Virus record (IMG/VR): IMGVR_UViG_3300050821_013430
Location: 62,001 to 126,000 of that record
Direction: 5' to 3' (one strand)
DNA length: 64,000 bases
Under the pieces are notes generated by a model that ran no database searches, had not been told where the DNA came from, and was given only the letters and a program-made list of their open reading frames with translations. The position numbers and the translations under genes are program-made. This document shows positions 52,299-61,531 of this stretch, piece by piece (position 1 is the first letter of the stretch; each line of letters starts with the position of its first letter).

Positions 52299-52652
52299 CT
52301 AAGCGGATTGTTTTGATTTCTTGGCATCTATCGTGGCTAAATACGCTTTCAACTCTTGATATTTGGCAATGCCTACTTTCTTTTTCTTATCTCTATGGTT
52401 ACATCCATCCGCATACAATAGCCCTAGAAAATAAGCCTTTTCTTCGGTATCGATAATATCGAAATAGTGTTCATTGATATTTTTGCATTTTCGCAACAAT
52501 GATCCTTGTTTGTGATGTTTGACTCCGGCGCGGGCCAACCTATCATCAATAACCCAACGACTAACGCCATATTGTTCGGCCAATTTGCACGAACTTATGC
52601 CTGTAAGATAGGCGTCAATAATTTCTTGCTCCGGAAGTTTGATATATTCCAT
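52299..52652 (-). pseudogene. Truncated LAGLIDADG homing endonuclease
   Basis: HTH and first motif KAYFLGLLYADG, but the second motif is missing. Confidence 0.7.
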
Positions 52653-52655
52653 TGA

Positions 52656-53348
52656 TTATAAAAATAGCAATTCTAGGAGTGAATTGGTAGGGGAAGGAGG
52701 CGCGGTCGTTATCGCAATACTTGGGTGAATTGGGCTCGGTCTTCGAGTCGTAAATAGTCCAATCTCACTCACATACAAGTTAGACCTAACGGGGTAGACT
52801 TGATTGGTTTCAAACTGATCTACCTGACAAAACATTCTTTGAAACCAAACCGTCATTCTACCGCTTCCCTGCGTGCTATCATCGCCCGGAATATTAGGTA
52901 CTTGATAGGTATAATTGACGACCGTTCGGATAGCGTTAGGGGTTCCCGTCCCCATTAGGTCATAATTGAGCGGAGTGCCTGCTGGGAAAATAACGACCCC
53001 ATTGATAGGTACCAATTGGACTGGTACTGTAGATACGAAACTATATGGCGCAACATAAGCATGATGCAGTTCCGCCTTGATATCCACTGGCGTGATAAAT
53101 TGGCCAGTAGTTGGATTTTGTACGCCAGCGGCTGGTACAGTAATGACTTCATTCCAAGCCACCGCTGTAAAAGCTCGAATTTTGATGTCATCGATAATAC
53201 CAATAGGGGAGGTGCCATCGGAAACGGTACCCATTACTTGATTACCGAGGACGGTAACGCTTGCAACTTGGCCTGGCTGAAACTCTGCCGAAGGATCGAC
53301 AATCATTGATGTAGGCAATCCATACCCACTCTGTATAATTCTTAGCAA
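52656..53348 (-). CDS. Putative capsid decoration/cement protein (paralog of 45660..46409)
   Basis: FQPGQ, PIGIIDD, DDSTQGSGRMTVW, LYVSEIGLFTT. Confidence 0.55.
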   Translation of the reverse strand: MLRIIQSGYGLPTSMIVDPSAEFQPGQVASVTVLGNQVMGTVSDGTSPIGIIDDIKIRAFTAVAWNEVITVPAAGVQNPTTGQFITPVDIKAELHHAYVAPYSFVSTVPVQLVPINGVVIFPAGTPLNYDLMGTGTPNAIRTVVNYTYQVPNIPGDDSTQGSGRMTVWFQRMFCQVDQFETNQVYPVRSNLYVSEIGLFTTRRPSPIHPSIAITTAPPSPTNSLLELLFL

Positions 53349-53400
53349 TTGAAACCTCGTAAATGTTTTCTAAGCAGGTATATATCAGGCGTTCTCTAAC

Positions 53401-53595
53401 CTAATCCTCTTCTTCAAATAGTTTGGAACCATCCTCTTCCGTCGGAGGAGCATGCTCATCAAATTCTACAAGAAGCAAATCATCTGCGTCGTTCGCATCA
53501 TAATCAAAAGGCGTTCCTGTACGCAAGTAATTCTTTACCATTTGGTCAGGTGAAAGATTCTTGGTGTAAGGATCGCCTTTACTCGGCTTTACGCT
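53401..53595 (-). other. Open -1 frame (64 codons) continuing 53589..53984 past an A9 run
   Basis: Reads SVKPSKGDPYTKNLSPDQMVKNY...FEEED*. No SD before the internal ATG. Confidence 0.55.
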
Positions 53596-53984
53596 TTTTT
53601 TTTATTCGCCTTGGACTCTAAAATTTCAATGTCTTCGGGGCCTAATTCGATTACTTCCTCTTTTTCAGGCTCCAATAAACTCTTGAATTCAATGATATCT
53701 TTGTCAAACTTTTCTTTTTGAGGCTCTTTGAGAAGGCTCTTGAACTCAACAATTTCTGGTTTTTTGACTTGGGCCATTTTTTCCAGCAGTTTGGTTAGCA
53801 CTTCGGCCTCTTGATGGAAACCAGTCTCATCAAAAATCTCCGCCGCAGCATTGACAAAATCAGCCGCTTTGGTAATCTGATCATAATGAAACTGATTCTC
53901 GCGTTGATTAGCGATCAATCGTTCGTGCATACCTCTGGCCAATTCTTCCTCAAAACTGCCAGGCTTGAACATTTTGGTGCCCAT
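53589..53984 (-). CDS. Putative head/scaffold-associated protein
   Basis: AAEIFDETGFHQEAEVL helix module, EFKSLL repeat, ends in A9. Confidence 0.6.
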   Translation of the reverse strand: MGTKMFKPGSFEEELARGMHERLIANQRENQFHYDQITKAADFVNAAAEIFDETGFHQEAEVLTKLLEKMAQVKKPEIVEFKSLLKEPQKEKFDKDIIEFKSLLEPEKEEVIELGPEDIEILESKANKKKA

Positions 53985-53992
53985 TTCAGCCT

Positions 53993-54730
53993 TTATTTCT
54001 TGCTGGATTTGGATTTACTATCGGCTTTGCTCTTGGATTTGCTGTCAGACTTGGACTTGCTATCCGCTTTACCCTTGCCAAAAGGCATCTTTTTGCTGTC
54101 TTTCTTAGAGTCCTTTTTGGAATCCTTTTTTGAGTCTTTCTTCTTTTTCTTGGAATCCATTTTCTTTTTCTTGGCTTCTACTACGAAGCTGGCGATTTTA
54201 AGACTTAGCGAAGCGCTCTTCTCTAGTCCGATTTGGTCGAGTACGGCCGAAGCGGTTAGCAAGTGAGCTGCAGCCTTATCGAGGGCATCAGCTAATTGTG
54301 CGTCGCTTGCGTCCTGTTCATCGGCTTCCTGATCATCGGCACTAGACGAATCAGATGACTCATCTTTTGCTTCTTGATCATCGGCACTGGCTGAATCTTC
54401 TGACGATTCGTCCTTTGCATTGCCTTTATCATACGCGGGTGCGGCGGGATAGAGGCCTTTACCATCTGAAGCGCTCATCGAGGAAGATGATTCCTCTGTT
54501 GAGTGATCTTTGGCATTGCCCTTATCGAAGGACGGTGCTGCGGGATACAATCCCTTATCACCGTCTCGTACGTTTCCATCATCTGCTTTGGCAGAGCTGG
54601 ACTCGCTGCTTTTATCTTTGGCAGGAGCCGCATCTTCTGTGGCATACCGACTAAACAAGGATTTATTAGCGTCCAAGTTTTTCTTCATATCTGCAGCAAT
54701 AGTGTCTGCTAAACTAATCTTTGTCATCAT
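53993..54730 (-). CDS. Putative internal head protein with acidic middle and Lys-rich tail
   Basis: Two KGLYPAAPxxDKGNAKD copies, SADDQ repeats, KKDSKK tail. Confidence 0.6.
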   Translation of the reverse strand: MMTKISLADTIAADMKKNLDANKSLFSRYATEDAAPAKDKSSESSSAKADDGNVRDGDKGLYPAAPSFDKGNAKDHSTEESSSSMSASDGKGLYPAAPAYDKGNAKDESSEDSASADDQEAKDESSDSSSADDQEADEQDASDAQLADALDKAAAHLLTASAVLDQIGLEKSASLSLKIASFVVEAKKKKMDSKKKKKDSKKDSKKDSKKDSKKMPFGKGKADSKSKSDSKSKSKADSKSKSSKK

Positions 54731-54742
54731 ATTCTCACCTTA

Positions 54743-57700
54743 TTAGAAGAGTCTTTTGTTGGAGGTTGAAAACGCGGCTGTAAGTTGTGAAACTAAGTCG
54801 CCTTCTTGTTCGCTCACTACATCAGCCTGACTAACCAAACCTACTTGCGGTAGGCGTCCGGCTGATTTTTGAAGTAGAGGGGCATGACGTGCGATAACCC
54901 TTTGCATACCTTCGAAGGATTCATCATTCCACTTCATAATCGATTCCACTTCACTAGCGATGGCTGTCTTTTCGTTGGGAATCAATCCACGATTTGCCAT
55001 ATCATAGGCAACCTCATAAGAACGAGCCAACTTGACACGATACTTGTTCATTTCTTCGTCAGCCTGAGCTTTAGCATGCTCCTTAACTAATTCAGTAGCA
55101 AACTCTTTACCAGAAGGCCCTACTTCACCATAGAACTCTTTCCAGTATTTGACTGCAGCGGGATCGACACCATTAGCAACCAGAGCGTCCAGATCTTTGG
55201 AGCTGAGTTTACCTTCTGATACGAGTTGCTGAATCATTTCCGCCTCTTTACGAACCTTGGGAGGCATGGTAGCTACTTCTAGCATTCTATCATGTTTCTC
55301 TTCTAGATTCTCTACGACTTCCAAACCATCTTGAGGCTTGACATCGAGAGGTCCGGGCTCAGCACCACCCTTAGGATGGAAATCATAGAACACGGGGTTC
55401 CATTTGATATCTGCTGCTAGCTTGGTGCGAAGTGTTTCGCGAGCTGCACGAGATTCTAGTTCAGCTGAAACTACTTGACTACCGGCCGGAACCATTACTG
55501 TCTTTCCGTCTGGCGTAGTAACCTTGACCGCATCAGCATCATTCATGTCGCTGGCGCAGCTAACTGAACTTTCCTCACTTGACATAGCATCCGAAGCATC
55601 ATTGACTTCCTGATCAGCATCATCCGCATCAGCGTCATCTGCTAGATCATCTGCCAACATTGCATCGACCGCTTCATTTGCTGCAGTTGCTGTTTGGGTT
55701 GCGGCATCATCAGCAGCCAAACCGGCCTCGATTTCCGCAATTTCTTTGCCTGTATCACCAATCATAGCCATTAGTCCTAAATCCATATGATCTCCGTTGC
55801 CTTGTCGTAGCATTTCTGCTTCTTCTTCGGCACGCTTTACCATTGCTTGGGTACCGTGCGCGTATTTGACGAAAGAATCCATTACCTTGAAAAGGTTAGC
55901 CAGAGACACGTTAGCGTCTGTAATGGCATCATTTACCAACGAATTGACCAAATCTTTGGTCTTTTCATTGACAACACCTTTATCGTACATTCCTACGATA
56001 GTGCTGAGCTCCTGTTCGTGATCTTGTAGAGAAGCGATGCACTCCTTGAACGCTAGAATCAGCGCGCCATTTAGCTCTTTCCGCATACTATGAAGAGCGG
56101 CGGTGCTAACACGACTTGAATCTGATGCATCGTCTGCGGGAGACATTGCCGCACCTGGAGCTGAAGCCTCAGGAAGAGCGGGAGCGCCCATATCACCAAG
56201 ATCGCCCATCTCGGCTTTTTCGCCTAATAGTTCTTTGACCACTTCTGTGGCATCCGAAATACCATCGCGCGCCTTGTCGAGAGCTTCCATGGCCTTATCT
56301 TTGACGTTGCCATCTTTACCTGCATCCATTCCTGCGTCAGGAGCGCTGGATGCTTCTCCGGCGCCGCTATCCATTGGAGGCATAGCATTAGGGGTGCCAG
56401 CTGGGGGAGGCGGAGGAGCAGCGGCTTGACCACTCTTGATAAGTGATGATGTCTTTGCTGCACCGAAAGCCTTTACCTTGGCAAGTAAATCCTCACCGTA
56501 GGTCTTGGTACCGATTACATTGTGAAGCGCATCTGCACGCCCAGCAGAAATTTCATCTACCGAAGCAGTAAGAACTAACTCACCGTCTTGGAAAACTCTC
56601 CAAACACTCTTGCCTGGATTCTGAGCATTCTTGGTAAAACGAGCAGTAAGACCGGGCTTTACTTCTGCTCTTTGTAGTAATTTCTTGCGGGCAAGCTCAT
56701 CACTGGGCTCCGCTGAATCGGGAGAGGGGTGTAGTCCTTCGACATCTCCAATATCTGGGAAAGGCTTTTGACCTACCATTTGCTTGTCTTCTTTATTGCG
56801 AAGGTGTTCATTGAGAGGATCAATCTCATAGCGTCGCTTGCCGGGTGTTGGTTCATTTAGCCCACCACCACCCAGGAAGTAGCCTTCTTTCTTGGTCTCT
56901 TCTAGAGCGTCTTTGACCTTTTGGATGACTGCTGTCCGACGCATAGCCCTTTCTTCGGCTTCGGCGCGGGCTAACATCTTTTTTAGCTCCATATCGGATT
57001 TTCCTTCATGATGTGAATTGGGGTATAGCCCTTCAACATCACCAACTCCTGGGAAAGGCTTTTGGCCTACCATTTGTTTGTCTTCCTTGTCGCGAAGATG
57101 CTCATTGAGAGGATCTACCTCATACCGACGTTCACCTGGAGTGGGCTCATTGAGTCCGCCCCCACCTTGAAAGTAGCTTTGTTTCTGCATATCTTTTGAT
57201 CCCGACATAGTATCCTCTTTGTTGATAGTGGCTAATTTATCCAAATCTTTTTGCATTTCAACTAACCGTCTCTCAATAGATGCCTTGACTTGCATAAGTT
57301 CTTGTTTCAATTCGTTATTGGTTTCAGCGGCTAAAAACCTTTGAGACGGAGGCGCCAGGGTTTGGTCAGTGCCTGGAAATTCAGATTCAGGCATTGCCAA
57401 AGTCCCTGAGGACTGATTATATGCCGCTTCATTAGTATCTTTTTGCATTGAGGTGTTGATTTCCTCTAATTTTTCGAAGGCAGAATTGATATCTTGCCTA
57501 AATTGACCAAGATCATTAGCCTGAATATCAAAAGAGGTAGCATTACCGCTCCCGTCATCACGAGCAAGTCTAGCGGTAAATTGATTATCTGCCAACCTCT
57601 TCAATTGTTCTTGTTTAGTTTCTACATAAGCATTGAGAGTATTGGCTGCTGCAATGATGTGCTTGATATGAGCTTTTGGATCAGCACCATTGACTACGAT

Positions 57701-58393
57701 TGATAGTTCAATTGGATTGAGATCGATATTGATTTCACCATAGCATGATTTATTTCTCATGTGAGTGCAAAAGTCAGATTCGACCCGAGCTACATTACCA
57801 CAATCCGAACAAATGGCCCGACCTACCGCAGTTCCCATACTTACCGCAGTTTGATACCCAGTGGCTACTTTGCGAGCTAAATCTGGATAGTTGAATTTGT
57901 CGAGAGCGCACAATCCGATAACGCGCTTCAAATTACGATCATAATAAGTGTCTACGATAAAGCCACGAACATGATCTACAGAGCTAGATTTATGATCTAT
58001 ACAGAGGGGCTTACCAATCCACTTCTTATATGCTTTGACTAACTCTTCTTCTGGAAAGATATCACCATTAGCATTTTTATATGGCTTGATAGCCTTATCA
58101 CTACATACCCATTTCCAACTTCCATTACTCTTATCCCAAGAGGCAGTAATCGTTTTACCGAAACGATCTAGTTTTTGGGTTCCATCTTCATTGATAGTCG
58201 AGGCCTCGGCAGCGTGAAGCATGGCCGCTGAAAAATATAGAAAATCATTTGCTTTGGGGGCAATTTTCTTCAAATTCTCCGCAAATTTACTAAATTCTTC
58301 TAATTTTTGAGGATCAAGAACTGGAATTACGGTTTCAATACCCTGAACATTTTCTGGACCAATTTCCAGCGATTCTCCAAATTTAGCAAACAT
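54743..58393 (-). CDS. Prohead maturation protease fused to scaffold region
   Basis: NGDIF..GKPLCIDH..VRGFIVD..VSMGT..CSDC..FCTH..ELSIVVNGAD (HK97-type protease), long helical/acidic C-region. Confidence 0.8.
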   Translation of the reverse strand: MFAKFGESLEIGPENVQGIETVIPVLDPQKLEEFSKFAENLKKIAPKANDFLYFSAAMLHAAEASTINEDGTQKLDRFGKTITASWDKSNGSWKWVCSDKAIKPYKNANGDIFPEEELVKAYKKWIGKPLCIDHKSSSVDHVRGFIVDTYYDRNLKRVIGLCALDKFNYPDLARKVATGYQTAVSMGTAVGRAICSDCGNVARVESDFCTHMRNKSCYGEINIDLNPIELSIVVNGADPKAHIKHIIAAANTLNAYVETKQEQLKRLADNQFTARLARDDGSGNATSFDIQANDLGQFRQDINSAFEKLEEINTSMQKDTNEAAYNQSSGTLAMPESEFPGTDQTLAPPSQRFLAAETNNELKQELMQVKASIERRLVEMQKDLDKLATINKEDTMSGSKDMQKQSYFQGGGGLNEPTPGERRYEVDPLNEHLRDKEDKQMVGQKPFPGVGDVEGLYPNSHHEGKSDMELKKMLARAEAEERAMRRTAVIQKVKDALEETKKEGYFLGGGGLNEPTPGKRRYEIDPLNEHLRNKEDKQMVGQKPFPDIGDVEGLHPSPDSAEPSDELARKKLLQRAEVKPGLTARFTKNAQNPGKSVWRVFQDGELVLTASVDEISAGRADALHNVIGTKTYGEDLLAKVKAFGAAKTSSLIKSGQAAAPPPPPAGTPNAMPPMDSGAGEASSAPDAGMDAGKDGNVKDKAMEALDKARDGISDATEVVKELLGEKAEMGDLGDMGAPALPEASAPGAAMSPADDASDSSRVSTAALHSMRKELNGALILAFKECIASLQDHEQELSTIVGMYDKGVVNEKTKDLVNSLVNDAITDANVSLANLFKVMDSFVKYAHGTQAMVKRAEEEAEMLRQGNGDHMDLGLMAMIGDTGKEIAEIEAGLAADDAATQTATAANEAVDAMLADDLADDADADDADQEVNDASDAMSSEESSVSCASDMNDADAVKVTTPDGKTVMVPAGSQVVSAELESRAARETLRTKLAADIKWNPVFYDFHPKGGAEPGPLDVKPQDGLEVVENLEEKHDRMLEVATMPPKVRKEAEMIQQLVSEGKLSSKDLDALVANGVDPAAVKYWKEFYGEVGPSGKEFATELVKEHAKAQADEEMNKYRVKLARSYEVAYDMANRGLIPNEKTAIASEVESIMKWNDESFEGMQRVIARHAPLLQKSAGRLPQVGLVSQADVVSEQEGDLVSQLTAAFSTSNKRLF
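56727..57175 (-). repeat. Two copies of a roughly 50-aa repeat within the protease/scaffold
   Basis: YFxGGGGLNEPTPGxRRYExDPLNEHLRxKEDKQMVGQKPFP occurs twice. Confidence 0.9.
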
Positions 58394-59066
58394 TTGTTTT
58401 TCCTATACGTTGTAAAAATTCTATATCGGTCAATTTACCCTTTTTTAAATTACAAATTTCGCATGCGGGTGCCAAATTATCAATAGTATGATCGCCACCC
58501 CGACATAACGGAATTTTATGATCTAAATGCAAATTTTCGCCCCTCTTTACACTTATAGAACAATAAGCACATTTATGATCAAAATTTTCGAGCAATTGAT
58601 CGACTTCATTTTGTCGAATACGTGGAAATTTATCGAGTCGCTTGCGGCGACGTCTATTATTTAGAAGAATAGAATCAATATTTTCCTCTCTATATTTTCT
58701 ATTTCGTTCTTTATGATATTCTTTATTATCTTGATACGACGATCTAACGCTTTCTAATCTCTCTTCACGATGTTTGGCATAGCTTTTCGAGGAAATCTCC
58801 TTGGCACGTTCTGGATTTTCTTTTCTCCAAATTCTTAGCCCTTCATTGATCTGATATTTATTTTCTTTTCTATATTCTTTACGATATTCATTATTATATG
58901 ATGGGTATGTTTTTCTATCCGCTTTATGCTCATCTCTATATTTTTTAGCGCATAATTTACATTGGGCGGAAAGGCCATCATCAGTATTTTTATTCTTATA
59001 GAAATTATCATTGGTCGCTTCTTTGCTTTGCTTACAAGTGCAACAAGTTTTTACAATGATAACCAT
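58383..59066 (-). CDS. HNH homing endonuclease
   Basis: CAYC..LDHKIPLCRGG..NLAPACEICNLKKG. Confidence 0.85.
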   Translation of the reverse strand: MVIIVKTCCTCKQSKEATNDNFYKNKNTDDGLSAQCKLCAKKYRDEHKADRKTYPSYNNEYRKEYRKENKYQINEGLRIWRKENPERAKEISSKSYAKHREERLESVRSSYQDNKEYHKERNRKYREENIDSILLNNRRRRKRLDKFPRIRQNEVDQLLENFDHKCAYCSISVKRGENLHLDHKIPLCRGGDHTIDNLAPACEICNLKKGKLTDIEFLQRIGKTNVC

Positions 59067-59210
59067 TTATTTCTCCGACTCTTCAGATTTAGGTTTTGCT
59101 TCAACAGATGGTTGCTGAGCAAGTTCCTGGGCTGCTTTTTTGGATTTTTTATCTAGATCTTCACTGTCAATAACAGTAAGTATCTTTCCTTCTCCACGTT
59201 TTATGAACAT
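59067..59210 (-). CDS. Small hypothetical protein (47 aa, not in ORF track)
   Basis: GAGG SD, reads MFIKRGEGKILTVIDSEDLDKKSKKAAQEL...EK*, late-promoter-like motif upstream. Confidence 0.6.
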   Translation of the reverse strand: MFIKRGEGKILTVIDSEDLDKKSKKAAQELAQQPSVEAKPKSEESEK

Positions 59211-59234
59211 ATGTGCCTCAGGATAAATAGCGAA

Positions 59235-59855
59235 TTATTCCCTCTTTTTCCCATTCAACATTTCTTGCCTTTGGTGAAAAAGATCAATTAAGAGAGGGTC
59301 TTGTTTTTCAATTTTAATTTGTAAACTATCACTAACACCGTCAACCCAGGTTCTACCTAAAATATTAGATTGAATATGATTCTTGATTCTATCATCTATA
59401 ATTTCTTCAATTTCGTCAGTATCCTTTTGGATGGCATCAATCGATGCGGTAATATCTTTAACAAAATCACTTGATTTCAGATCACTAAAAATTTCAGAAA
59501 AATCATTTACATCGTCTTCCAGATCATCAACAGAAGAAATAAATGATTTCATCAATTTGAAAGTTTGCGTGTCAGAAGAAAAAATTTGCATTAAAGTGAT
59601 ACATCTAAAAGCCATATTCTTGAATTGATTAAAATTCTCAATAACTCGATCTCTATAATTTCTTAGTGCAACTCTGAATTTATAAATTTGCTCTTCCGAA
59701 ATATCAGGGTGATCCTTAAAAGGAGTGTGCATAATATTCAAATGATTAACAGCAATCAACAAAAGTTTTTTAGATCGATCGAAAGCAATCAATGCTTTTT
59801 CGGCCTGAGCTTTTTCAGCTTCCGTTACGTCATATGAAAGTTGAGTCAACGTCAT
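59235..59855 (-). CDS. Helical hypothetical protein
   Basis: Intact ORF with late-promoter motif. Confidence 0.6.
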   Translation of the reverse strand: MTLTQLSYDVTEAEKAQAEKALIAFDRSKKLLLIAVNHLNIMHTPFKDHPDISEEQIYKFRVALRNYRDRVIENFNQFKNMAFRCITLMQIFSSDTQTFKLMKSFISSVDDLEDDVNDFSEIFSDLKSSDFVKDITASIDAIQKDTDEIEEIIDDRIKNHIQSNILGRTWVDGVSDSLQIKIEKQDPLLIDLFHQRQEMLNGKKRE

Positions 59856-59881
59856 TTGTATGTATATGCCAAATTAGGCGT

Positions 59882-60721
59882 CTAATAACTTAGGAATCCA
59901 CCACCGTTATCAACCGGCCCAATGCCTTTAACCCCCTCAACATTATCATATAACCCTACTTGAGGTATATCTGATCCTTCTTCTGTTGAAAGTAATCTTT
60001 CCATCATTACTCGATCCCTTTGATCTAAGTCAAAATTACTACGAGTTGGGAATTGATCATATTTATATTGATAGACCGAATCCCAAGGATATTGTCTAAT
60101 ATAATCAGAGAAGGGGGCAAAGGACTGCATGGTTGCCTGATCTAATACCGATCCTTCATAATCAGTATCGTAAACTCTTGAATTGGAAGCAATATCCACA
60201 TTATCAGTACCAATTTCTCTCGCATCGTTTATGTCCATCGTTTCCATCGCACTTTTAGATTTGACATGAACATGATGATGAGGGCAATTAGCAACAATAG
60301 CTTTGATATAAGTTGAGATTGTTTTTTCTGGTAAACCATTTCCAAATCCAATTTCAACCGCTTCTTTAAGGGCCTTTTCACAAGACCATCCTAAAAATTT
60401 GCATCTATAAAGTGCTCCCAAAAGTCCGGTTCGATCTTTACCCTCTATACAATGAAAGAAAGTCGGGCCATCCTTCATCAAAAGATGATAAATATCTTGA
60501 CTAAGCAATTTGAATAACGGAACTAATTCTGACTGCTCTAAAGGAAAAATTAAATGTTTGATCCCTAATAGATGACAAATTCTAGCAATTTTGACGCCTG
60601 ACTCTTTATCTAAACTTATGATTTTATTGATTCCGAGACGTTTTTTCAGCTCTACCACTTCATTAGATGAAGGGGCGCTGCCTCTAAATAATTGTTCATT
60701 GAGCTGAATAAATCTTTTCAT
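59882..60721 (-). CDS. Protein tyrosine/dual-specificity phosphatase with C-terminal extension
   Basis: LFRGSAP, FHCIEGKDRTG (CX5R). Confidence 0.85.
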   Translation of the reverse strand: MKRFIQLNEQLFRGSAPSSNEVVELKKRLGINKIISLDKESGVKIARICHLLGIKHLIFPLEQSELVPLFKLLSQDIYHLLMKDGPTFFHCIEGKDRTGLLGALYRCKFLGWSCEKALKEAVEIGFGNGLPEKTISTYIKAIVANCPHHHVHVKSKSAMETMDINDAREIGTDNVDIASNSRVYDTDYEGSVLDQATMQSFAPFSDYIRQYPWDSVYQYKYDQFPTRSNFDLDQRDRVMMERLLSTEEGSDIPQVGLYDNVEGVKGIGPVDNGGGFLSY

Positions 60722-60723
60722 TT

Positions 60724-61128
60724 CTACTCTAATACCACATTATGTTGTTTGCAAAATAATAGCAAAGTAGCTGCTAGAGCCTTTTCACCAGAATTTTCTT
60801 CTTCATCTAAAATAAGACGATCAAAACATTTCTTGTATAATTCTAAAAATTCTTTCACAATTGAATCTTCACATTGTTTGCGAAGCTGGCGCATAATAGC
60901 AGAAAATGATAAGTCTTCAATATCCGTCAAATCAATAACTTCTGATAAGCCTTGCTGCGCTCTTTTTTTTCTTTTTTTGTCTAAGTGCTTAAAGTATTCT
61001 ATTTGTCGTAATCGTTTTTCTGCCTGCTCCCTAGATGAATATGTTCCCAAATCTTTACCCTTTTCGGATAAGACTCTATATTTACCATTAGGTAATTTTC
61101 TAATCCTGGCGAGCTTATACAACTCCAT
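60724..61128 (-). CDS. Hypothetical head-associated protein
   Basis: YKLAR, GKDLGTYSSREQAEKRLRQIEYFKH. Confidence 0.55.
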   Translation of the reverse strand: MELYKLARIRKLPNGKYRVLSEKGKDLGTYSSREQAEKRLRQIEYFKHLDKKRKKRAQQGLSEVIDLTDIEDLSFSAIMRQLRKQCEDSIVKEFLELYKKCFDRLILDEEENSGEKALAATLLLFCKQHNVVLE

Positions 61129-61132
61129 AGTA

Positions 61133-61531
61133 TTACTTGCCCTTGAATAAGTCTTTTACAATTTTACTGTCTCGACTATTTATGAACGTATCTTTGAGAA
61201 CACCAGTCTCATCCACTTCTGTTAGGAATCTGATGGCTCTTTCATTTAGACAAATGATATTACCAAACTGTATCTTTTTAGTTTTCTGATCTATATAGGC
61301 GCAATTTAGAACTAAACACTCCTTGAAAGCCGTAATAACTTTGCCAACCAACACTGCCGGATAACAAACCGTACTATCGTCATATTTGATATCCTCGTAT
61401 CGATCACCTACATAAATCTCCACTATTCGCCCTTTCAATACCTTAGCTACTACCTCGGCAAGTGAAATTGTACGATCTTTATTTTCTTGCAAATCTTGAA
61501 CGGCAAGTTCAAATTCTTTTTCAGTCGCCAT
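61133..61531 (-). CDS. Hypothetical protein
   Basis: Start likely at MATEKEF. Confidence 0.55.
   Translation of the reverse strand: MATEKEFELAVQDLQENKDRTISLAEVVAKVLKGRIVEIYVGDRYEDIKYDDSTVCYPAVLVGKVITAFKECLVLNCAYIDQKTKKIQFGNIICLNERAIRFLTEVDETGVLKDTFINSRDSKIVKDLFKGK

Noticed and set aside
2358-59066. Endonucleases as intron- or intein-encoded
   Set aside because: Flanking genes appear complete with their own starts and stops, and no intein termini or split exons were seen.
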